Source of the DNA: Desulfobacterales bacterium
Lineage (GTDB): Bacteria; Desulfobacterota; Desulfobacteria; Desulfobacterales; UBA5852
Direction: 5' to 3'
NCBI GenBank assembly: GCA_963674755.2
Contig: CAXXVS010000001.1
Coordinates: 160,001 to 224,000, forward strand
DNA length: 64,000 bases
Position 1 is the first letter of the stretch, and every line of letters begins with the position of its first letter. Shown in pieces: positions 30,974-40,424 of this stretch. The position numbers and the translations under genes were made by a program. The notes beneath the pieces are model-generated. The model did no database searches. It was not told where the DNA came from and worked only from the letters and a program-made list of their open reading frames with translations.

Positions 30974-31040
30974 CACCAACCTTCTGCAGGATAGCTGGCG
31001 CTAATAAGGCCTTATAAGTAAGCTGAATAGCGAGTTCGAA
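30974..31040 (+). other. attC 14 remnant
   Basis: CACCAAC...CTGCAG...CTGAATAG...GTTCGAA; weak pairing. Confidence 0.4.
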
Positions 31041-31045
31041 AATAA

Positions 31046-31345
31046 ATGATTGAATCCCTAAGAAAATCCATAGCCAATCAACTGAGAAATACGCCTCTGG
31101 GATTGCTGAGAATAAAAAGAAATCTTGGTCTCAGCGCTTGTTCAGATATCGAAACAGAAGATTTGTTGCGAACAATGATTTTGTCGACACCACTGGAGGG
31201 CATCGAAACGAAAGGCAAAAATCATTATTTCCGATGTGTTGCATTCAGTGCCGTATTGACGGTGAACTCAAATACGTTCACGGTTATTACCGCAAAGCGG
31301 ATCAGCAAAACGTCCGGCAGTGGAAGGGAAAACCCGATAGGATAA
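31046..31345 (+). CDS. DUF3781-like protein
   Basis: NTPLGLLRIKRNLGL, KGKNHY, LTVNSNTFTVITAK. Confidence 0.75.
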   Translation: MIESLRKSIANQLRNTPLGLLRIKRNLGLSACSDIETEDLLRTMILSTPLEGIETKGKNHYFRCVAFSAVLTVNSNTFTVITAKRISKTSGSGRENPIG

Positions 31346-31348
31346 AAT

Positions 31349-32761
31349 ATGCAGCAGATCATCAACCGTTCAGCGGCGACCCTCGCCAAAGCTATTCGTC
31401 ACAAGGAGATTTCCTCGAAAGAGGCTGTCGCGCTATTTCTGAATCGCATAGAAAAGGTTAATCCGCGCCTGAACGCGGTTGTGCAGTTATCAGCGGAATC
31501 CGCATATGAACAGGCTCTGAAAGCGGACAACGCCTTGGCACGGGGCGATCTGTTTGGCCCGCTGCATGGCGTTCCCATGACGATTAAAGACTCGTTCGAT
31601 ACGGAAGGATTGATTTCCACCGGCGGAACAAAGGGGCGACGGGATTTTGTTCCATCCCGGGATGCGACCGTGGTCAGGCGCTTACGTGCCGCAGGGGCGA
31701 TCCTGTTGGGCAAAACCAATACATCGGAATTGACGCTCACCTATGAATCGAACAATCTGATCTACGGGCAGACATGCAATCCTTATGATCTCGCGCGTTC
31801 CCCCGGCGGCAGCAGCGGCGGGGCCGCGGCCATCGTTGCCGCGGGCGGTTCCGCCTTTGATATCGGAAGCGATTACGGGGGCAGTCTGCGGTTTCCGTCA
31901 CATTGTTGCGGCGTGGCCACCATCAAGCCCACTTCCGGCTGCGTGCCGCGAACAGGGCATGTTTTCCCTTTTGGCGGCGTGCTGGATTCGTTTCAGCAAA
32001 TTGGTCCTATCGCCCGCTGGGTCGAGGACCTGCAAATGATTTTGCCGATCATCGCCGGCCCTGACCTTATCGATCCTGGTATTGTTCCGATGGTATTCAA
32101 GGACCCGAGCGAGGTGGACCTGAAAGGTCTCAGGGTTGCGTTCCATACGGACAATGGCATTATGGCGCCTTCCCCGGACATCGACCAAGTGGTGCGCCGG
32201 GCGGTCACACGCCTTGCCGGCGAAGGCGCCATCGTGACTGAAGCGCGCCCGACAGGCATCGAACAAACCTATGATCTGATGATGGCACTGTTGTCAGCGG
32301 ACGGCGGTACGTCGATCCGGCGCTTGCTGGCGGAAGCGGGGACGAAGGAACACACGCTTCCCTGGTTGGGACTTGCCGCGCCTCTCGATGCGGTTCGCTT
32401 CGATGAGCTAATGGTGAAGTGGTTCCGCTTTCGAAGCACGCTGCTGTCCTTCTTCAAGAGTTATGATGTGATCCTCAGCCCTGTGAACGCCTTTCCTGCT
32501 CTGCCGATAGGGGCTTTGGGCGCGCATTTGGAGGCCTTCAGCTATACGATGACGTACAACCTGACAGGGTGGCCGGTGACCGTCGTGCGCGGCGGCACCT
32601 CATTGGATAAGCTTCCCATCGGCGTACAGATTGCTGCCCACCCTGGGCGTGAGGACGTCGCTCTGGCCGTGGCCGGATATCTCGAAAAAACCCTTGGAGG
32701 ATTTCAAGCGCCTTCGCTAAGTGGATCGATCTGTCAGAAGGAAGATAAAAAGAAGTCCTGA
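31349..32761 (+). CDS. Amidase-signature family protein
   Basis: GPLHGVPMTIKD, SPGGSSGGAAA, IGSDYGGSLRFPSHCCG. Confidence 0.93.
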   Translation: MQQIINRSAATLAKAIRHKEISSKEAVALFLNRIEKVNPRLNAVVQLSAESAYEQALKADNALARGDLFGPLHGVPMTIKDSFDTEGLISTGGTKGRRDFVPSRDATVVRRLRAAGAILLGKTNTSELTLTYESNNLIYGQTCNPYDLARSPGGSSGGAAAIVAAGGSAFDIGSDYGGSLRFPSHCCGVATIKPTSGCVPRTGHVFPFGGVLDSFQQIGPIARWVEDLQMILPIIAGPDLIDPGIVPMVFKDPSEVDLKGLRVAFHTDNGIMAPSPDIDQVVRRAVTRLAGEGAIVTEARPTGIEQTYDLMMALLSADGGTSIRRLLAEAGTKEHTLPWLGLAAPLDAVRFDELMVKWFRFRSTLLSFFKSYDVILSPVNAFPALPIGALGAHLEAFSYTMTYNLTGWPVTVVRGGTSLDKLPIGVQIAAHPGREDVALAVAGYLEKTLGGFQAPSLSGSICQKEDKKKS

Positions 32762-32802
32762 GGATGATATCAACGCTTCGACTGCCAGCCTTACCGCACC
32801 CG

Positions 32803-32823
32803 TTGACACACAATTCAATGTGT
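32803..32823 (+). promoter_or_regulatory. Candidate TA promoter/operator
   Basis: TTGACA overlapping IR ACACA-ATTCAA-TGTGT, just upstream of AGGAGG and the antitoxin. Confidence 0.45.
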
Positions 32824-32839
32824 AAAAAGGAGGCGCATA

Positions 32840-33037
32840 ATGGCTACCAATTTAGCAATCGATGATGAATTGTTACATGAAGCCTTGCAGATCAGCGGAT
32901 TAAAAACAAAAAAGGACACGGTCAGCCTTGCCCTCAAGGAGTTTGTCGATAGGCGCAAACAGTTGGAGATTATAACTATATTCGGGAAAATGGACCCTGA
33001 TCCAGACTATGATTATAAACAGGGAAGAACGCATTGA
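32840..33037 (+). CDS. vapB: VapB-family antitoxin (no cognate toxin present)
   Basis: MATNLAIDDELL..A....GLKTKKDTV..AL.EFV; C-terminal DYDYK. Confidence 0.8.
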   Translation: MATNLAIDDELLHEALQISGLKTKKDTVSLALKEFVDRRKQLEIITIFGKMDPDPDYDYKQGRTH

Positions 33038-33159
33038 AGGGACGGGCCGCCTTGGTTTTGCATATTTATGCTGTAAACGCTCATTTATGAGTTCCGTGCA
33101 TGGTCTCATCTGTGGTAGCGGGCATTCGGCACAAATTATCAGGAAAGCGTAATTACGGT

Positions 33160-33558
33160 ATGGAAAAATACGATACATCCTGGGATTTGTCTGAAAGCGA
33201 AAAAGGGAATTTACCCCACAACGAAGAAGCTTTCGACCGAAAATATCAAGAATGGCGACAACGGTCATGGGAAACGTGGCTGAATGAAATGCTCAATTTT
33301 CCATTCATAGTGAAAAGGATGGAAGATGACGATGATGCTTATTTCACGGATATCGCAGACCATCAACCATTCAGGCTTGGTCATGAAATGAAAGTGATCG
33401 GTATCGATCAAGAAGATGATTTATACGGTATTTTGATAAAAGTAAGAGAGGGGCGCAAGGTTGGCTATGTTCCCCTTTGTGATGTTGAAGTACGGAATCA
33501 GGACGATCCGAATTTTTGGCCTGTCCGTGAATACGTTGTTTGGTTTGCCAATAGATGA
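33160..33558 (+). CDS. CcbP-like 'calcium-binding' protein, probable last cassette
   Basis: LNFPF, DDLYGILIKV, VPLCDVE, EYVVWFANR; bounded by ATTCGGC (33124-33130) and GCCGAAC (33569-33575). Confidence 0.75.
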   Translation: MEKYDTSWDLSESEKGNLPHNEEAFDRKYQEWRQRSWETWLNEMLNFPFIVKRMEDDDDAYFTDIADHQPFRLGHEMKVIGIDQEDDLYGILIKVREGRKVGYVPLCDVEVRNQDDPNFWPVREYVVWFANR

Positions 33559-33599
33559 GAAAGTCTTGGCCGAACCTTTCATAGAACACAACCATGGAA

Positions 33600-35540
33600 T
33601 CAGTTCTGGGGCAGGCTTAGCGTGATGGTGCAGCCGGGGCCATTGTTGTTGGCGGCGGTGGCGCTGCCACCCATGGCCAGCATGAACTTCTTGACGAGGG
33701 ACAGACCGATGCCCGTGCCGCCCGTGGTGCGGGTGAGCGGATCTTCAACCCGGTAGAAATCGTCGAAAACCTTTTTCAAGGCATGCCGGGGGATGCCGGG
33801 GCCGGTGTCGGCAACCTCGATGTCCACGTGGGCATCCCGCCTCGCGACGCTGACCGTGATCCGGCGCGTCTCGGACCGACGGCCGAATTTGAGGCTGTTT
33901 TCGATCAGGTTGATCAGGATCTGCACCATGACTTCCCGGTCGTAGGCAAAGTCAAACCCGTCCACGGGCGCCATGGTCAATGCAAATCCTTCCTGACGTA
34001 CCTTCTCACCCATGACCTCCCGCACGTCATCGAGCACGTCCTGGAAATTCCCGGGGCGCATATCGAAGTGGCGCTGCTTCTTCTCCAGGCGGGACAATTC
34101 CAGCACGTTGTTGATCAGCCGCGACAGGCGGGCGCTCTCTGAACTGACGACCCGCAGGTAGTCCTGCTCCCGGGCCGTATCCTTGGCAATGCCCTGCTCC
34201 AGCATTTCGATATAGAGGCGGATGTTGGTGAGCGGGGTTTTCAGTTCGTGGGTCACCGAAGAGACGAAGCGCGTCCGCCGCTCGGAGAGGTCCACCATAG
34301 CGTGGGCGCTGCGGTAGATGGCGCCGAGCCCCAGGAGAAAGACGGCGGCCAGGATGGCCAGCATGATATTGAGGGTTCGCCGCGAGGCGACCGGTGGGAT
34401 GGTTTCGCTCACGATGCGGGCATAGAGAAAATTGAAAGGGGAGGGAAATTGGCGGTCGAGGGCAAAAGCATCCTGTCGGACAATGGCGCCGGTCTGAACG
34501 ATGGTGGCGGGGTGAAGCCTGTCGGATACTTCCAGGCGCAGCTGGCTGAAACGGCTCATGGGCTGAGAGGCGAAATACCGATCGGCCAGGTAATCGAGAA
34601 AGGCCGAGGTATCGAGAATGAAGCCCTGTCGATAGATGCGCTGGTCGATCACGATGCGGCGAAAGATGAAGATGTGTTCGGCATCGATGAAGACCGACTG
34701 AAGAGGGGCCACCTCCACCTGAAAGCGAGCGGGCGATGCCGCCTCCGGCGCTTCGGCGTCCGCGGCAACCGCTCCGCCGGTGTGAACAGAGGGAAATGAA
34801 GGGGCCGCCGGAGCGGTCGCTTGAGGACGGTAGACGGAATCCGAAAGGCTTTGTGAGCGGCTTGCGGCAGCGCTTGATTTTTCCTTTTCAGGTCTGGCGT
34901 CATCCCGGCGGGCCACATTAAGGGCCTGCTGGGCCGTGATTTCTTCGGTACGCTGGGTTTTGCGCCCCAGGTAATCCTCCGGCACGCGTTTGCGGCTCAA
35001 CAGGAACTTGCCGGCGAAAGACGGATTCTCTTCCTTCAGCTGTTCTTCAGGGGTGTCCGGCGCTTTGGGGAGTGCTTTTACGGGCGGCCCGGACGCCGTC
35101 ATAGGCGGAATAGCGGTTTTCCGGCGGTTGAAGCGGCGATTGATGTCGTCAAGCTGTTGAACGATCTTCTGAACGTCGGGCGAGGTTTTCCGACCGTCGC
35201 CCACGAGAGGGGTTTGAAAGGAACCGTCCGGATTGTTTTGCAGATAGCCCAAAATATAGGGTTCCGACGGAAGTGCGGCCAGGGGGGATAGCTGCGGACC
35301 TCCCTTTTGACCGACGGGTGGTGCTTCGGTGTAGTGGTAGGCATCCACCGGCCGGTTTTCTTCGATCTGCACGCGCTCGGCCAGGGCCGCTTCGATATCA
35401 TCGAAGAGCGTCTCGGCGAAAAAACGCATGCGCGCGGTTTCTTCCTGGGCGATGCCCTGGTAGGTCCGAAAGACGACATAGGCCATGGGCAGGGTCGTGG
35501 CCACGGCGAACAGGATGATAAACAGCTTGAGACGCTTCAT
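33600..35540 (-). CDS. Sensor histidine kinase
   Basis: Two TMs, H-box FVSSVTHELKTPL, NLIENSLKF, DTGPGI, GGTGIGL. Confidence 0.95.
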   Translation of the reverse strand: MKRLKLFIILFAVATTLPMAYVVFRTYQGIAQEETARMRFFAETLFDDIEAALAERVQIEENRPVDAYHYTEAPPVGQKGGPQLSPLAALPSEPYILGYLQNNPDGSFQTPLVGDGRKTSPDVQKIVQQLDDINRRFNRRKTAIPPMTASGPPVKALPKAPDTPEEQLKEENPSFAGKFLLSRKRVPEDYLGRKTQRTEEITAQQALNVARRDDARPEKEKSSAAASRSQSLSDSVYRPQATAPAAPSFPSVHTGGAVAADAEAPEAASPARFQVEVAPLQSVFIDAEHIFIFRRIVIDQRIYRQGFILDTSAFLDYLADRYFASQPMSRFSQLRLEVSDRLHPATIVQTGAIVRQDAFALDRQFPSPFNFLYARIVSETIPPVASRRTLNIMLAILAAVFLLGLGAIYRSAHAMVDLSERRTRFVSSVTHELKTPLTNIRLYIEMLEQGIAKDTAREQDYLRVVSSESARLSRLINNVLELSRLEKKQRHFDMRPGNFQDVLDDVREVMGEKVRQEGFALTMAPVDGFDFAYDREVMVQILINLIENSLKFGRRSETRRITVSVARRDAHVDIEVADTGPGIPRHALKKVFDDFYRVEDPLTRTTGGTGIGLSLVKKFMLAMGGSATAANNNGPGCTITLSLPQN

Positions 35541-35543
35541 AGC

Positions 35544-36242
35544 TCAACCGTCTTTCGCAAGGCGGTAGCCCTCGCCGCGCACGGTCAGGAGGAAGGGTTT
35601 CTCCCCGATCAACCGGGCAATTTTCTTGCGCAGCTTGAGCATATGGATATCCACGGTGCGCGTTTCGATGTCGGCATCGGCGTAGTGCCAGACCTCGGTC
35701 AGCAGCTCTTTCTTCGATACGATGCGGTCCTGGTGGCGATGGAGATAGGTGATGATATCCATTTCCCGGCGGGTGAGCGCCAGGGTTTCTTTGCCTGCCA
35801 CCGCTTCCAGGGTCTTGCCCTGGAAGTGAACGCCCTGATGGCGGATATCCGCCTCCTCCGTAAGCTTGCCGGCCCGCCGCAGCAGAGCTTCCACCCGGAC
35901 CAGCAGTTCCCGCAGGGAAAAGGGCTTGCAAACATAGTCGTCCGCACCGGCCTGGAAGCCGGTCACCACGTCGTCCTCGGCGCCCTTGGCGGTCAGCATG
36001 AGAATCGCCTGGCCCGGCATGTCTTTCCGCACCCGGCGGCAGATGGTGAAGCCGTCCATGGAAGGCAGCATAACGTCCAGGATGATCAAATCAAAGACCT
36101 GGGCGAGGGCCCGCTGCAAACCTTCCCCGCCATCGGCCACACCCTCCACCGCATAGCCGTTGAAGACCAGGACATCCTGGAGGCCGTTTAAGATGGCCGG
36201 ATCGTCTTCCACAACAAGGATGTGCGCCTTTCCGGGTGACAT
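35544..36242 (-). CDS. OmpR-family response regulator
   Basis: ILVVEDD, LDVMLP, LTAKG, KPF, TRTVDIH..KLRKK, TVRGEGY. Confidence 0.95.
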   Translation of the reverse strand: MSPGKAHILVVEDDPAILNGLQDVLVFNGYAVEGVADGGEGLQRALAQVFDLIILDVMLPSMDGFTICRRVRKDMPGQAILMLTAKGAEDDVVTGFQAGADDYVCKPFSLRELLVRVEALLRRAGKLTEEADIRHQGVHFQGKTLEAVAGKETLALTRREMDIITYLHRHQDRIVSKKELLTEVWHYADADIETRTVDIHMLKLRKKIARLIGEKPFLLTVRGEGYRLAKDG

Positions 36243-36446
36243 GGGCTTGGGCTCCTCCTTCGGGTTCAGCGGGTTTTTTATACCTATAGGACCAATCTAC
36301 CTTATCACCGCTGAAATCCAAAGCAAAACTTATGTAAAAAAGACGGGTTTTCTTTTTGCTTTTGTTTGAATTGTCTTCATCGGAAGTCTTGTTAGGATGG
36401 CCTCTATCGAAGAACTTTCTGCCACGAAAAGCAAAGGAGGTCCATC

Positions 36447-37883
36447 ATGAAGAAGATCAATCGCAGTTCCTTGTTGGCCATCGTCGGCCTGATGCTGCTG
36501 ACCGGGGTGGCCATGGGCATTGCCGCCCATTTCGAAAAGGACGGCAGCGCGCTGCCGGCTGCGGGACAGCAGGTGGTGAAGCTTCCGGACGGCTCGATCG
36601 CGGTGGAAGCGCATCTGGTCCAGGACAAGGTGCTCCTCGGCTCGGACGGCCAGGCCACCCTGGCCCTGACGCTCCGGGCATCGGACGCTGGTGGGGCGGA
36701 GCGCGTGGCGCGGCCGGCCGTGGATCTGGTGGTGGTTTTGGACCGCAGCGGTTCCATGAACGGCCGCAAGATCCGGGATGCCCGCCAGGCCGTGCTGGCC
36801 CTGATCGATACCCTGTCCCCCGAGGATCGCCTGGGCATCGTCACCTACAGCAATTTCGCGGATCCGTTGAGCGACCTGGGCCCCATGACGGCCGCCCGCC
36901 GTCGCGAGCTGGCAACCCTCGTCCGGGAGATCCGGCCGGGGGGCGGCACCAACCTGGGCGGCGGACTCGAAGCGGGGCTGGGGCTCTTTGCTGCAAGCCC
37001 CGCTGATGACCATCACCGCAAGCTGGTACTGATCTCGGACGGTCTGGCCAATCACGGCATAACCGATCCCCATGTGCTGGGCCGCATGGCTGCCACCGGC
37101 CTGTCCCGGGATTGGGTGGTGAGCACGGTAGGGGTCGGGAATGATTTCAACGAGCACCTGATGACGACCCTGGCCGATTATGGCGGCGGCACCTACACCT
37201 ACATGGAAGACCCGGCGACCTTCGCGGCCGTGTTTCAACAGGAATACCGCCATGCCGCCGCAACGGCCGCCTCGGGACTGACGGTAAACGTTCCGTTGTC
37301 CCATGGCCTCCAGCTGATCGATGCCGGCGGCTACCCCATTGAGGCCAGGGACGGTCTGGCCCGCTTCAACCCGGGCAGCCTGCGTTTCGGCCAGACCCGC
37401 ACCCTCTATCTCACCTTCCAGGTTCCCACCGACGCCCCGGGGATGGCGCAGATCCAGGGCCTGCAACTGGGGTTTCAAAATCGCGACGGCCGCGAAACCA
37501 TTGGATTGGCAGACGTTTTTACCATCGCCTGCGTTGAAAACCCCGCCGATGTGACGGCTTCCATCCATCGGGACAGCTGGGCCGCCCAGGTTGTCCAGGA
37601 GGATTTCGGACGCCTCAAGGCCGCCGTGGCCGACGCGATTCGGGAAGGGGACGGGGAACAGGCCCGGGCGCACATCGAGGCCTATCGGAAGGAAAAGGAG
37701 GCCATCAACCAGGTGGTGGCCTCGCCCAAAGTATCCGCGAATCTCAGCAAGGATGTGGAGGCGTTAGGCGCCATGGTGCAGGACACCTTCACAGGTCGGC
37801 CTGAAGAGGTGATGTCCAAGCAGAAGAAAAATGCGAAAGTATTGCAGTATGAATCCTATCGGAAACGAAGGGATAAAAAATAG
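36447..37883 (+). CDS. Exported VWA-domain protein (YfbK-like)
   Basis: Signal/TM; MIDAS DRSGSM, GGTN, LISDGLAN; AGGAGG RBS. Confidence 0.9.
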   Translation: MKKINRSSLLAIVGLMLLTGVAMGIAAHFEKDGSALPAAGQQVVKLPDGSIAVEAHLVQDKVLLGSDGQATLALTLRASDAGGAERVARPAVDLVVVLDRSGSMNGRKIRDARQAVLALIDTLSPEDRLGIVTYSNFADPLSDLGPMTAARRRELATLVREIRPGGGTNLGGGLEAGLGLFAASPADDHHRKLVLISDGLANHGITDPHVLGRMAATGLSRDWVVSTVGVGNDFNEHLMTTLADYGGGTYTYMEDPATFAAVFQQEYRHAAATAASGLTVNVPLSHGLQLIDAGGYPIEARDGLARFNPGSLRFGQTRTLYLTFQVPTDAPGMAQIQGLQLGFQNRDGRETIGLADVFTIACVENPADVTASIHRDSWAAQVVQEDFGRLKAAVADAIREGDGEQARAHIEAYRKEKEAINQVVASPKVSANLSKDVEALGAMVQDTFTGRPEEVMSKQKKNAKVLQYESYRKRRDKK

Positions 37884-38016
37884 TTCCAACCCAATACGGG
37901 GTGAGTTTACGCATTATTCCTTTTCAAATCCCTCTCGAGGGTACCACCTGAGATCTTTTGCTCCACTGGAGGGGACTTTGATAGTGTTTGAATCACGACA
38001 AGCAACGGAGGTTACT

Positions 38017-38577
38017 ATGGGAATCCTGTCACGGGCAGTGCGGTTGTGCAAAGCAGATTTGCACGGTGTGATGGATCAGATGGAAGACAAGGATTTGCTG
38101 CTCAGGCAGCACCTGCGTGAGATGCAGGCCGCCATGACGGAAAGGCAGGTCCGCATCGACCGGCTCGAAGAAACCCTGAGGACCGGAAAGCGGAACCGGT
38201 CGCAGGCGGCCCAACAGCTTCAGAACCTGGAGGAGGATTTGGACCGGGCCGTGGCCCGGGGCCGGGACGATATCGCCCGTATGTTGATCCGCAAGGTGTT
38301 CCCCATGCGGAAAAGCGTGGCGCAGATGGACCAGCGCTTGGAGGAGACGGCCCAGTGTCTGGACGAGGAGCAGGATCGCCTGGGCGTTCAACGCCTGGCC
38401 TACGATGAGACCCGCCAGCGGGTGGCCGCCGCCCGGGAACGTGTCCGAAATGCGGCTCTGATGCCGGACATGGAGCCGGCGGAAGCGGGGGGACCATCAT
38501 GGGCGCCCAGCGAGGAGGAGATCGAATGGGAACTTTTGCAGCGCAAGGAAGCCGCGGGCTCCGGGAGGACGACATGA
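38017..38577 (+). CDS. PspA/IM30 family protein
   Basis: MGILSRAVRLCKADLHGVMDQMED..LLLRQHLREM, coiled coil, GRDDIAR; GGAGG RBS. Confidence 0.8.
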   Translation: MGILSRAVRLCKADLHGVMDQMEDKDLLLRQHLREMQAAMTERQVRIDRLEETLRTGKRNRSQAAQQLQNLEEDLDRAVARGRDDIARMLIRKVFPMRKSVAQMDQRLEETAQCLDEEQDRLGVQRLAYDETRQRVAAARERVRNAALMPDMEPAEAGGPSWAPSEEEIEWELLQRKEAAGSGRTT

Positions 38578-39119
38578 ATACGCCGCACCGGCCCATAAGA
38601 ACAACGATCATCCTGGGCGGCCTGGGAGGGCTGGCCTTTCTGCTGACGAGCCTGCCTGGCATTCCCATGGGGTTTCGCCCGTGGCTGTCCTTCGGCCTCG
38701 TCTGGGGTCTGACAGCGGTCTATGCCCTGATGTTGGCGCGCTGGAGCGGCCACGGTCTTGCGGACATCATCTTTCCCCTGCTGGTGTTGGGCGGGCTTGG
38801 TGCGGCCCTGCCCCGGGCCGGGGTGGTGTTCGGCCTGGCCCTGGCGATTTTAAGCTGGATCCGCAGCGGCATCTGTTATTCGCGCTCCGGTTTCCAGGCT
38901 CTTTTCAGGGAGGGGTTCCTGTGCGGCGGCGGGGGGCTGGTCCTGGCCCTCTGGGGGCTGTCGGCCCCGTTGTCCTGGGCGCTGGGGATCTGGCTGTTCA
39001 GTCTGGTCCAGGCCCTGTTTTTTGTGCTTTTCGAACCCGGGCCGCGATTGCCAGCGGGCCCGCCGGCCGACCCCTTCGAGCAGGCCCGGCGCCGCATCGA
39101 AGAACTCCTGGAAGGGTAG
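38574..39119 (+). CDS. Hypothetical multi-TM membrane protein
   Basis: ATGA overlap with the pspA-like stop; about six hydrophobic segments; C-terminal DPFEQARRRIEELL. Confidence 0.8.
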   Translation: MNTPHRPIRTTIILGGLGGLAFLLTSLPGIPMGFRPWLSFGLVWGLTAVYALMLARWSGHGLADIIFPLLVLGGLGAALPRAGVVFGLALAILSWIRSGICYSRSGFQALFREGFLCGGGGLVLALWGLSAPLSWALGIWLFSLVQALFFVLFEPGPRLPAGPPADPFEQARRRIEELLEG

Positions 39120-39218
39120 GCCGACCCTGACGTCCTAAAGTCGGTTGCCATGAGGCGGTGGCGGCCCCATTTTAAGGGCTACAACAGGCTAAAACCAGGG
39201 TCGGGAAAGGAGGCCGCC

Positions 39219-39521
39219 ATGGCAAAATGGCCGTTGATTGGCAGGCCGGACGCTGTTCAGGGGCATGGGCTGCATCGTCATCGTAAAGGCCTGCCCCTGT
39301 TTTACATGAACGATTATTCCCGTCTGGGGCTGCAGGTGGCTTCCTGCGAGGACGCCCGACGGGTCTTGGCGGAAAACCGCTTCGGGGTCGTTGAAGACGA
39401 TGACGGCCGCCATGTGGTCCTGGCCGACGCGGCCGAGGTGCAGGCCGCCGTGGCCCTGCTGAACCGACGGGGGGTGGCCTGCAATATCACGGACCTGGCC
39501 GATCAGATCTACCAGGGGTGA
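39219..39521 (+). CDS. Hypothetical protein
   Basis: AGGAGG RBS; 100-aa ORF ending DLADQIYQG. Confidence 0.7.
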   Translation: MAKWPLIGRPDAVQGHGLHRHRKGLPLFYMNDYSRLGLQVASCEDARRVLAENRFGVVEDDDGRHVVLADAAEVQAAVALLNRRGVACNITDLADQIYQG

Positions 39522-39649
39522 TGATGCGGTTCCTGCCGGTCCGGCAGGGGGATACCGGCGCGAGGCTTGACGGGCAATGCGGGTTGTGAAAAAGATGGCC
39601 ATCTTTTGGGAATGAAATTCCAACCATTTTACACAGGAGCTCGACCATC

Positions 39650-40249
39650 ATGCGCCGCAGTCAATGCGAGGTTACCGATCCAGCGGAGATCAACCGCATC
39701 CTGTCCGCCGCCACCATCGGCCGTCTGGCCACGGTGGGGGCGGACGGCTTTCCTTATGTAACGCCTGTCAACTACGTTTTCACCAACGACGGCATCTACT
39801 TCCACTGCGCCCTCAAAGGGGAGAAGCTGGACAACATCGCCCGGGACGACCGGGTCTGCTTCCAGGTGGACATCCCCCTGGCCTACCTCGATCTGGGCTA
39901 CAATCCCGCCGGGAGCAGCTGCAACGTGCACCAGTTTTACCACTGCGTGATCATCCGGGGCCGGGCCCGGGTGGTGCCGGACGGCGAACTCAAGACCATG
40001 GCCCTCAATGCCCTGGTGGCGGCCCATGAGCCGGACCGGAACCCGGCGCCCGTGCAGGAAGATATGCCGAATTACAAGGCCTGCGCCGTGGTCGAGGTCC
40101 GGCCGGAGACGATTTCCGCCAAGAGTGATCTGGCCCAGAAGAAAGCGCCCGAGGTGCGCGAAGGCCTGGCCCGTTACCTGGAAAAACGGGGGCGCCCCGG
40201 CGATCGGGAAACGGCGGCCGCCATGGGGTTTGGAAGCGGAGAAGAATAG
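39650..40249 (+). CDS. Pyridoxamine 5'-phosphate oxidase-like flavin-binding protein (NimA-type)
   Basis: MRR, GRLAT...PYVTPVNYV, IYFHCA..GEKLDNI...RVCFQV. Confidence 0.88.
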   Translation: MRRSQCEVTDPAEINRILSAATIGRLATVGADGFPYVTPVNYVFTNDGIYFHCALKGEKLDNIARDDRVCFQVDIPLAYLDLGYNPAGSSCNVHQFYHCVIIRGRARVVPDGELKTMALNALVAAHEPDRNPAPVQEDMPNYKACAVVEVRPETISAKSDLAQKKAPEVREGLARYLEKRGRPGDRETAAAMGFGSGEE

Positions 40250-40318
40250 GGCGGCTTAATTGCGCTCGTCCCCTAACCCCATCTGTGGGCGATTATTTTC
40301 TTCGTAAACTTTATGCGC

Positions 40319-40350
40319 GTTACTTTTCTTCCGCGTGGCAGAAAAGTAAC
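40319..40350. repeat. Family A first hairpin only (partial copy 3), between convergent genes
   Basis: GTTACTTTTCTTCC-GCGT-GGCAGAAAAGTAAC. Confidence 0.65.
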
Positions 40351-40424
40351 GGAGCGCGAAGGGGGCGCACACGCGTACGCCGCGGTGACGAGGAACGAAA
40401 CACAACGCCGCGGGATCATCCGAT

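Larger units (their letters stand above)
21041..33575 (+). mobile_element. Integron, inverted-integrase arrangement, about 17 cassettes
   Basis: intI remnant followed by co-oriented AT-rich single ORFs, each closed by an attC-type imperfect palindrome. Confidence 0.9.

Noticed and set aside
32768..32808. Intact attC after the amidase (TATCAAC...GTTGACA)
   Set aside because: Too short and lacks paired L boxes; at most a scar.
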